The translations under genes were made by a program, and so were the position numbers. From the NCBI GenBank assembly GCA_020052095.1, contig JAGVPT010000219.1, positions 1 to 54,416 of the forward strand: 54,416 nucleotides of DNA. Reading direction: 5' to 3'. A model generated the notes under the pieces. It was not told where the DNA came from and searched no databases. It was given only the letters and a program-made list of their open reading frames with translations. The stretch comes from Bacteroidota bacterium (GTDB taxonomy: Bacteria > Bacteroidota > Ignavibacteria > UBA10030 > UBA8401). This document shows, in pieces, positions 1 to 7,807 of this stretch; position 1 is the stretch's first letter, and each line of letters begins with the position of its first letter.

Positions 1-116
1 ATCTCATACACAGGCTAGAATCGCTTGGACTCAAAGTCACTGTGCAGGAACTCAACGAAGCCGCATAGTTCAAAGATAAGTGTATTTTCATAGCAGTTAG
101 GTAAGTTAAGTCACTA

Positions 117-1217
117 TTAAATGTCAGATTCAATCCGTTTCGGCAACGGTGTATTCATATGTGAAGAATCCATCTGTTTGATTTGTTTTGATAGCCTAAT
201 GGCATTATCCGTTAGATCTTTCACCGATCGTTTTAAGTAACGTGATTTTTTTAATTGTTCCACATTTTTTTCCATGTCTTCCGCAACCCACCCGCGACTC
301 CAACCTACGAAATGAAAGGGAGGTAATACAAATCCAAGATCAGTGAAAAATGTTCCCATCTGACCTGCTACTTGTTGAATGTTATCTTGTCCACCGGTAA
401 TTATAAATCCGGCTACTTTATTTTGAATTAGTATTTTGTTGTGCAAAGTAATCTGATTCTGAACACAATTCAGACGTTCACACATTTTAAAAAAGAGCGA
501 AGATGGATTTCCCCATCGGATTGGTGTTGCAACGAGAATCACATCTGCCCATAAGATCATGGAACGATACACCTCGGTCATTCCGTCGTTTGGATTTGCG
601 TCAGTGATTGAACACGGCCAGGTGCACGCTTGTTCGTGTATACTGTAATACCCTTCGCAAGCACGGAACTCAAGATCACGCAATTTCAGCAGTCTCGTTG
701 AAGCACTATGGTGTTGTTTAGCATGCTCTAATGATTGTAAGAGTGCATGTTCTGAAGTGGATTCCCGTGCAGCACCTTTGGCCATATTTGTTGTTGAGAT
801 GCCAAGAATATTGATTGAATCAGTGGTGGTTTGATATTGCAATGCTTTCAAGTCCTTAATTGCACTATGATCATGTTCTGCTCGTTTTGCACGTACGATT
901 GGCTGTTCTGACAGAAGAATCTGATCGTCGTGAATTTTTACATCGTATACCGACTGCTGGTCTAAGTATCCATCCGGTGCCTTTCCGGTTTTGATATTAT
1001 ATTCCCAGCCATGCCAGGGACATTGTATACAGAGCCCTTCAGAATGTTTTGTAATAATCCCCTTGCCAAGTGGCCCACCCTTATGCAGACAAGTATTGCC
1101 TATCGCCGTAATTTGGTCATCATAATGAAGGAGCAGAACTTTGGTATTCTGAAAATTGATAATCTGTTGAGATTCTTTCGGAAGATCACTCAATTTAAAG
1201 ATAGGAATGTAATTCAT
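117..1217 (-). CDS. Rieske [2Fe-2S] domain fused to a flavodoxin-fold NAD(P)H-dependent FMN reductase / iron-sulfur-flavoprotein-like domain
   Basis: 366-aa ORF. The N-terminus has Rieske ligand motifs CxH (CLHKGGPL) and CxxH (CPWHGWEY). The C-terminal half has a flavodoxin-like reductase pattern (INILGISTT, ADVILVATPIRWGN, AGFIITGGQD). Confidence 0.75.
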   Translation of the reverse strand: MNYIPIFKLSDLPKESQQIINFQNTKVLLLHYDDQITAIGNTCLHKGGPLGKGIITKHSEGLCIQCPWHGWEYNIKTGKAPDGYLDQQSVYDVKIHDDQILLSEQPIVRAKRAEHDHSAIKDLKALQYQTTTDSINILGISTTNMAKGAARESTSEHALLQSLEHAKQHHSASTRLLKLRDLEFRACEGYYSIHEQACTWPCSITDANPNDGMTEVYRSMILWADVILVATPIRWGNPSSLFFKMCERLNCVQNQITLHNKILIQNKVAGFIITGGQDNIQQVAGQMGTFFTDLGFVLPPFHFVGWSRGWVAEDMEKNVEQLKKSRYLKRSVKDLTDNAIRLSKQIKQMDSSHMNTPLPKRIESDI

Positions 1218-1469
1218 AGATTACCCGTTATTGGTGGATATGGCCTGCCCCCAAAAGATGATCCAATATAGTATATTGGAAACAATCAAGAAAGGAGGCG
1301 TGTCATGAGTCGGGAGCGTTATTCGGCAGAAGAGATCATCAATTGTATGCCATTTTTCCGTCCCTGCAATCACTTCCAGCGTTTGCTTAATCTTTCTCCT
1401 TGACTTTATTTCGCTTATTGGTATATTTCTATATAGATAACTCAGATGCCACCACAAAATTGAGGAGAA

Positions 1470-3962
1470 ATGACTCGACGAATTCTATTGTTACTGTGTT
1501 TCTATTGTTTCCTCTGCAATTCAAGTAGTGCGAATCTGAGCGCTTCTCAGGCGCAGACGCCAGAGCCAGATGCTGAAGGTCATGCTCTTGCAGAGGAGAG
1601 TAGACCAGTCTTCGCCTCATCGCTACCCCCCTTATTCGATCTCTCCCAACCTGTTTCTGATTCAACAGAGAAAGTAGCCGACGTAAATTCGTTCAGCACG
1701 GAAGCGCCAATACTCGCGAAAAACGGCACTGATAGTGCGACGGTCAACGCCGATTCCGCGGATGAGAGTGACGATCGGGTGATCGCCGTGCGCCTAGAGT
1801 CGGCGCGTCAGCATTATCTCTCCGCCCTTCAGGCACAGACAATAGGCGACTCACTCCTCTCCGTCGACGAATTTGAGCAGGCGATCGGCATTATGAACGA
1901 AATCAGCTATTATCCGGATATCGAAAACAGTGAGGAATACAACGAACTGAGCAGAAGTGTAGTTGAGGACTATGAGAAATACATTGCCAGCATTGATGAA
2001 GTTGGCCCTGAAAGTTCGATATTCGCCTTGAGGGAGAAGTTGAACCTCGACATCGATAAGATCGACCTCTCGAAGATCAAAATTCCAAATATCACCACTC
2101 CGGAAACGACCATTCCCCTTCAAATGAACGACCTTGTTGAGAAGAATATCCTTTTCTTTATGGACAAGGGACGGGATCATTTTGAACGATGGCTCTATCT
2201 TTCAGGGAAGTACTTTCCAACGATTTCCCGAATCTTCAAGGAAGAAGGTGTGCCGGAAGAAATGATGTATCTTTCGATGATGGAGAGCGGATTAAATCCA
2301 TCCGCACGCTCCTGGGCAAAGGCCGTAGGTTTATGGCAGTTCATGAAGGGAACCGGCAAGATTTACGGTTTGAGAGGGAATTATTGGTATGACGAGCGTC
2401 GAGACTTCGAGAAGGCGACACGTGCGGCAGCACGTTATCTCAAAGATCTGCACGAGCAATATGGTGACTGGCAACTGGCAATTGCAGGCTACAATTCCGG
2501 CGGAGGGAGAATCAATAGGGGAATTCGCAAAAGCCGGTCGAATGATTTTTGGACGATGCGTCGTTATCTGCCACGGGAAACAAGAAACTACGTTCCCCAG
2601 TACATCGCCGTATCGCTGATGTCGATGAACCCGGAAGCGTATGGATTTAAGGGAATTGGGCGCGCTGACAGTCTTGTGTTCGAGTACGTCACTGTTGACG
2701 ATTGTGTCGATCTCGACGTCCTCGCAGAATGTGCTCAGACGACCGCGGAGACGCTTCGCGAGCTGAACCCGGAATTGATTCAATGGTGCACGCCGCCAAA
2801 TTATAGAAGGTATAGACTGAGAATTCCTGCAGGATCGTCGGATGTTTTTTCCAAGAAGTACGCCGAGGTCCCTGACAATCAAAAACGGCAATGGGCGGAA
2901 CACAAGATACGCCGCGGGGACACGCCGGGCGCCATCGCGAGGAAGTACGGGATTGCAACATCAGTCTTGATGGAGGTCAACAAGCTCAACAAAAGGAGCA
3001 AGCTGAGGATTGGGAATTATCTCGTCATCCCTGTTTCGACAAAACGATTGATGGCCGCGAATGCACGGCCGCAGCAAGAACCGCGAGTACAAGAGCCCAC
3101 GCCGCGACCGAAGAAAATTGTCCCGCGAATTCAGCGAAGGCAAACGCTTGTCCCGGCGGGCCGCGACAAGCTCGCATACGTCGTGAAGAAGGGGGACACG
3201 CTTGGGCACATCGCGGAGTGGTTTGGCGTCCGAGCAAGCGATCTGCGCAATTGGAACAATATTCCCTACGGGCGATCGCTTCAAGTCGGCGCGACGGTAA
3301 ATGTCTGGATACCGTCAGAGAGACTGGAGCAGTACAGGAACATTGCTGTGATGAACTTCGACCAGAAGAACGCGTTGAAAAGACTTCCCGCGGCGAACAA
3401 GCGACCGAGTGTTAAGGTCGAAGAGCCTGTCGACGAACGGAATCACTGGGTCCAGCACAGGGTGAAGAAAGGGGAGACCCTCGATAAAATAGCCCGAGAT
3501 TACGCAGTAGCCATCGCAGACTTAAAGAGCTGGAACAAGCTTCACCGAAGCAAGATATTCGCCGGTCAAATCCTCGAAGTGTATGTTGCTCCGTCGGGCA
3601 ATCCTTCGCCAGAGTTATCGGCTGCCAGGAAACAGCATCAGGTTAAATCCGCGCTGGCCAAGCAGAAGACAATCACCCATAAGATTAAAAGAGGGGAAAC
3701 GCTGGAAAAAATTGCCGGACTGTACAATGTTTCTATCGCCGATCTGAAAAAATGGAACAGGCTTTCTTCCTCGAAAGTTCTGATAGGGAAAAAATTGAGA
3801 ATTCGACTCACGTCAGACAACTTTGAATATTATCGCGTCCGCACCGGCGACACACTGTGGGAAATATCAAGAAAATTTGGCGTGACTGTCAACGATATCC
3901 AACGATGGAATGACCTAGCAGAAGACATCCGAGTCGGGGACCGGATTGTCATACATCATTGA
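1470..3962 (+). CDS. mltD: Membrane-bound lytic murein transglycosylase D-like protein (SLT domain plus five LysM domains)
   Basis: 830-aa ORF with a signal peptide (MTRRILLLLCFYCFLC). SLT catalytic region: MMESGLNPSARSWAKAVGLWQFM ... AGYNSGGGRI. Five C-terminal LysM repeats (e.g. HKIRRGDTPGAIARKYG, YVVKKGDTLGHIAEWFG, HRVKKGETLDKIARDY, HKIKRGETLEKIAGLY, YRVRTGDTLWEISRKFG). Confidence 0.85.
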   Translation: MTRRILLLLCFYCFLCNSSSANLSASQAQTPEPDAEGHALAEESRPVFASSLPPLFDLSQPVSDSTEKVADVNSFSTEAPILAKNGTDSATVNADSADESDDRVIAVRLESARQHYLSALQAQTIGDSLLSVDEFEQAIGIMNEISYYPDIENSEEYNELSRSVVEDYEKYIASIDEVGPESSIFALREKLNLDIDKIDLSKIKIPNITTPETTIPLQMNDLVEKNILFFMDKGRDHFERWLYLSGKYFPTISRIFKEEGVPEEMMYLSMMESGLNPSARSWAKAVGLWQFMKGTGKIYGLRGNYWYDERRDFEKATRAAARYLKDLHEQYGDWQLAIAGYNSGGGRINRGIRKSRSNDFWTMRRYLPRETRNYVPQYIAVSLMSMNPEAYGFKGIGRADSLVFEYVTVDDCVDLDVLAECAQTTAETLRELNPELIQWCTPPNYRRYRLRIPAGSSDVFSKKYAEVPDNQKRQWAEHKIRRGDTPGAIARKYGIATSVLMEVNKLNKRSKLRIGNYLVIPVSTKRLMAANARPQQEPRVQEPTPRPKKIVPRIQRRQTLVPAGRDKLAYVVKKGDTLGHIAEWFGVRASDLRNWNNIPYGRSLQVGATVNVWIPSERLEQYRNIAVMNFDQKNALKRLPAANKRPSVKVEEPVDERNHWVQHRVKKGETLDKIARDYAVAIADLKSWNKLHRSKIFAGQILEVYVAPSGNPSPELSAARKQHQVKSALAKQKTITHKIKRGETLEKIAGLYNVSIADLKKWNRLSSSKVLIGKKLRIRLTSDNFEYYRVRTGDTLWEISRKFGVTVNDIQRWNDLAEDIRVGDRIVIHH

Positions 3963-4014
3963 GCGTGTTACCCGTTTGTTGCCCCACTGTTAAATCAAAA
4001 AATGTCAAAAAAAG

Positions 4015-4078
4015 TGCCACGCACTTTGCTGTACGTGGCACAAAGAAAGCGAGGACTCCACTATTTCAGTGGAGTCCA
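4015..4078. terminator. Two hairpins between convergent genes (probable bidirectional terminators)
   Basis: GTGCCACG (4015-4022) pairs with CGTGGCAC (4035-4042). GGACTCCACT (4054-4063) pairs with AGTGGAGTCC (4069-4078). They lie between the stop codons of the mltD-like gene (+) and the 1201-aa gene (-), with A/T runs on both sides. Confidence 0.5.
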
Positions 4079-4088
4079 TTAACGGTTC

Positions 4089-7000
4089 TTATTTCAACAT
4101 CATCATCTTCTTCGACGACGTGAAATCGCCCGCTGTGATGCGATAGATGTACATACCGGATGCGACTTGTGCACCAAACGCATTTCGGCCATCCCACACA
4201 ACTTCGTGGTAGCCTGCGTTGACCTTATCATTGACTAGTGTGCGAACTTCGCGTCCGAGGACGTCGTACACTTTCAACGATACGCCTGCATCTTTCGGCA
4301 ACGCAAAATTGATTGTGGTCGACGGGTTGAAGGGATTGGGGTAATTCTGCTCAAGAGCAAACGTCACAGGAATTCCGGCATTGGGAATTTCCTTCACGCC
4401 TGTCAAGATCTGGATCACTCCGCCAAGCGCAACGTAATCCTTCTGCGCTTGACGTGCATTCGCCATCAACTCGCCAAGATTATTTCCAACGACAAGCGCG
4501 AATGCGGCGCGCGCCGTGTCATTAACGGGAACCGTATACGGACCGACAGAAGAGAAAATACTCATGTCATTGGCTGCACCGCCATCGCCGTAGGTATTCG
4601 TAGCGCGGAAGCTCGAGATGTACACATATTTCGCGCTATCTGTTATCTTACCGGAATATACCTCGTTTGCTCCTACGGCAATTCGACCGCCTTTGAACAC
4701 CGTTTGGCTCAATGGAACAACGCCGATGAAATTCGCCGCAGGATCTTGGCGCTCGTAGGCAACATGAATCTTGAACGGCAAACCGCCATTCACGCCAGCG
4801 ATCGCGTTGGATGAATCTTTAACGATCTCTCCACGGTCATTTCCTGTGCTTGGAGTGATGTCGAAGTCAAAGAATGAACCCACGCGCAAAGCACTCAGCG
4901 CTGAGGCGCTTTGATTCAAAACCTTGAAGAGCAACATCATATAACCGTCTTTACCAGCCACAGTATCAGTGAGAGTCGTTTGATGAATCTTAATACCTAT
5001 CGGATTGGCCTGGTTGCCATCATCGTAGATTGTTGATGTGCGGGTTACCGATCCGATTTTTTCCACAGCAATCAAAGCCGCTGGACGGAGGCCTGGATTC
5101 CACGAAGGAGCGGCTTTGAAGCGCGCGGCATTTGAAACGTGGAATTGGTCGGTTGCAAAAATCATCGAGCCTTCATACAGACGGTCGGCGCCGTTAAACA
5201 AAAACCCTGTCGTATCCTGGTAGGCGTTTAACGCCCCGATGTGTCCAACGTTCGTAATAGCAGTCTTAAACTTTGGTGTTGCAACATTCACGACCTGCCT
5301 TGGAATAGTAACGATGACAAATCCGCCGATTGTGGCGGCGGCAGGTGAACCCTCGTTGAACTGCCCGGTCAAGACCACAGTTCCAGCCCCACTTCTCATC
5401 GGTGTTAATACTATTGTGAAGAGCGCACCGGAATCCTTTAACGCCTGCACGCCAGATGCCGCGACATTGACGAGTCCCGCGTTCACCATATTCGAAGAGA
5501 ATGCGTACCCTCCACTGATGCTCCCTATATTCCCCACGGTCTTGAATTTGAAAAGCGTTGAATCGAATTGCACGGTGAACTGGAACGCCGTTATTCCCAA
5601 TCCATTGACGTTGCCAACCATCGCCGGCAAAACAACATCGGTGCCCAGAAAAATCTTCGTCGTATCTTTAAAAGCGACGTTGATTTCGCCGCCGATATCA
5701 TCCGAATGTCTCATGATAACTTGGTACCCATCTTTGAATGGGGACGTTCCATCGAATTGGCTGGCAATGCCGGTTACCGTAAACGGTTGACGCGGAGGAT
5801 TCCCGTTCGCACTGCTCAAAGTGGGAACGCGCAGCGTCAAAGAATCCACGCCGTTATCCGTTATGGTGATATTTGTGCCTCCAGCTCCCGCGGCAGGCCA
5901 TGCCAAAGAAGAAGCTGTCAGGCGCACATGTTGGATGCGGACGAGCGAGTTCTCGAGCAATTCGCCCCTGCGATCCCAGGCAAGATCGCGGCACGTGATC
6001 AGTTTCGGAGCGGGCAAAGTTCCCGGGCCCAGATCTGTCACGGCTAGGTGAGTACCCGATGCACCGGGGATTCCAACCTGAATATGTCCGCTGAATGCGC
6101 CCAAAAGTCCGACGATCTGGTAGACACGACCGCGGAATGTCCTCCACGGCGCGGGAACAGACGCAACCGTAAATTCAATGAAGTCCATTCCGCCGAACTC
6201 ATCTTGAAGTACGATGTCGGAGCGGCTTGTCAGTACTGCTATCAAACTATCCTCTTGGGTACAAACTCCCTGCGTGCGAATTCCGTAACCAACCCAGAGG
6301 TTTACGCCGTTCGTATCAACAGCCCGCGGACCGGCAAGCGACATCTTCGTCAATCCTGCGAAGTAGCCCGTCTTCGCGCTTGTGAAAGTTGAATTAAGAT
6401 TATCAGTGACAGTGACATAATATTGTATTCTCTTACCGTCGCCGTTCGCTGAACCGGGAATAATGCCGCGGTACTTACCATTAATTGAGTCACCGGAAGT
6501 GCGTGTCATCACCACGACATTGTCCGCCCCTCCGTCGATGTTGTACTTCAAGCGCACACTATCCGATGGCACATATTGGTCATCCTGAACATCCGCAAAG
6601 ACTGTATCATTTTTCGACGCCAGCGGCACAAATTGGGTCCGAATGATGTTTCCAGCGAACGGCGCCAAGTTTATGGTCAACAAATTGCCGGTCTTATATG
6701 CGCCGAAACCATTATTGTCAATCATAACATAGAGTGTCATTGTACTGTCGGAAGCATTGTATTGAAGCTCCACATCTGCTCCATTGGAAGACGAATTAGC
6801 AGTCGCTCCAAGCGCAGGTGTGCTCCCAACTTTTACTGCACCAGCAAGACCGTACGATGCATTCAGCAATATCCCTTTGGCACCTCCTGCTGTTGCAGCG
6901 CTTTCTGCAGAGGCAATCCATTTTCTACCGGCTGCTTGAAGATATGTGATATCTGCTTGAAGTGCCGGCGTCACGGATGTTGGAACAGATTCCAAGCGTC

Positions 7001-7694
7001 CTCCCCCAGTACCGCTGTACCGTCGGATTGGTGATCCTGAGGATAGTCGTGATGTTAAGAAATCACCGCCCGGTGTCACTTGTGCAATGCCCGCCCCGGC
7101 ATCTTGGCCAGTAATTTTTATCGTGCCCGAATTTGTAAAAGTCGTACCATCGGAAGTTGTGAATGCTTGTACAGAATCTGTTCCGGAAGCATTTCCACCG
7201 GCATAAATAACCGTGCCCGTACCTGTTCCGGCGACATCAAATGCATCTCCAAACCGAGCAGATTCTTTCACCAAACCAGAAAACGCTACGGTCGGAACGG
7301 TCGCATTGTTATCGTCTGCCCAGCGATAAATTTTAAAGTTCTCAGTCAATCCGTTAAGTATAAGATTGCTGGCATACACAACACCGTCAGACGTTACTTC
7401 AATATCCTGAAGCACGCTGCCGCCGCCGCCTGTAATGCCGGTCGTATTTAATGAATCGAGCAGTGCGCCCGTGGCGGCATTGTACACATAAATCTTTGGA
7501 GCCCTTTGTGCGACGAGGTAATGTCCGGTTGCCGTATTCAGCGCGGCTCCACGGAAGTTGTCTCCTGTGGAGAAGATTGGCCACGTCCCCGCGCTTACTT
7601 TCCATACTTGAGTGAATTGCGCAGACGCGGTGCCGACCATCATCAAGAAGCACATCGCAAGCGCAACACCCAGAAAAATGTTTCGGTTTTTCAT
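4089..7694 (-). CDS. Large secreted protein of unknown function with a cohesin-like module and a T9SS C-terminal sorting domain
   Basis: 1201-aa ORF with a signal peptide (MKNRNIFLGVALAMCFLMMVGTASAQ). Cohesin-like segment at about aa 671-798 (GLGITAFQFTVQFDSTLFKFKTVG ... ALFTIVLTPMRSGAGTVVL). C-terminal NYPNPFNPSTTINF ... GMYIYRITAGDFTSSKKMMMLK is typical of Por_Secre_tail/FlgD-Ig-like T9SS sorting domains. Confidence 0.75.
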   Translation of the reverse strand: MKNRNIFLGVALAMCFLMMVGTASAQFTQVWKVSAGTWPIFSTGDNFRGAALNTATGHYLVAQRAPKIYVYNAATGALLDSLNTTGITGGGGSVLQDIEVTSDGVVYASNLILNGLTENFKIYRWADDNNATVPTVAFSGLVKESARFGDAFDVAGTGTGTVIYAGGNASGTDSVQAFTTSDGTTFTNSGTIKITGQDAGAGIAQVTPGGDFLTSRLSSGSPIRRYSGTGGGRLESVPTSVTPALQADITYLQAAGRKWIASAESAATAGGAKGILLNASYGLAGAVKVGSTPALGATANSSSNGADVELQYNASDSTMTLYVMIDNNGFGAYKTGNLLTINLAPFAGNIIRTQFVPLASKNDTVFADVQDDQYVPSDSVRLKYNIDGGADNVVVMTRTSGDSINGKYRGIIPGSANGDGKRIQYYVTVTDNLNSTFTSAKTGYFAGLTKMSLAGPRAVDTNGVNLWVGYGIRTQGVCTQEDSLIAVLTSRSDIVLQDEFGGMDFIEFTVASVPAPWRTFRGRVYQIVGLLGAFSGHIQVGIPGASGTHLAVTDLGPGTLPAPKLITCRDLAWDRRGELLENSLVRIQHVRLTASSLAWPAAGAGGTNITITDNGVDSLTLRVPTLSSANGNPPRQPFTVTGIASQFDGTSPFKDGYQVIMRHSDDIGGEINVAFKDTTKIFLGTDVVLPAMVGNVNGLGITAFQFTVQFDSTLFKFKTVGNIGSISGGYAFSSNMVNAGLVNVAASGVQALKDSGALFTIVLTPMRSGAGTVVLTGQFNEGSPAAATIGGFVIVTIPRQVVNVATPKFKTAITNVGHIGALNAYQDTTGFLFNGADRLYEGSMIFATDQFHVSNAARFKAAPSWNPGLRPAALIAVEKIGSVTRTSTIYDDGNQANPIGIKIHQTTLTDTVAGKDGYMMLLFKVLNQSASALSALRVGSFFDFDITPSTGNDRGEIVKDSSNAIAGVNGGLPFKIHVAYERQDPAANFIGVVPLSQTVFKGGRIAVGANEVYSGKITDSAKYVYISSFRATNTYGDGGAANDMSIFSSVGPYTVPVNDTARAAFALVVGNNLGELMANARQAQKDYVALGGVIQILTGVKEIPNAGIPVTFALEQNYPNPFNPSTTINFALPKDAGVSLKVYDVLGREVRTLVNDKVNAGYHEVVWDGRNAFGAQVASGMYIYRITAGDFTSSKKMMMLK

Positions 7695-7758
7695 AGTGTT
7701 TCCTCTTTCATTTAGTTAGTCATAAGAGATTGTATTCTTGCATTTCGCATTAATCGGG

Positions 7759-7795
7759 TTCACCACGCGCGGAGTATAACTCCGCGCGTGGTGAA
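7759..7795 (-). terminator. Perfect 17-bp hairpin downstream of the 932-aa gene (terminator or RNA-stability element; no clear U-tract)
   Basis: TTCACCACGCGCGGAGT (7759-7775), loop ATA, then ACTCCGCGCGTGGTGAA (7779-7795). It sits 13 nt after the stop at 7808. Confidence 0.45.
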
Positions 7796-7807
7796 TGCAC
7801 TTTCGAT

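Noticed and set aside
3-68. A possible 3' end of a + strand CDS running in from the left edge (...LIHRLESLGLKVTVQELNEAA*).
   Set aside because: Only 21 codons are visible and they carry no diagnostic motif. This is too short to support as a feature.
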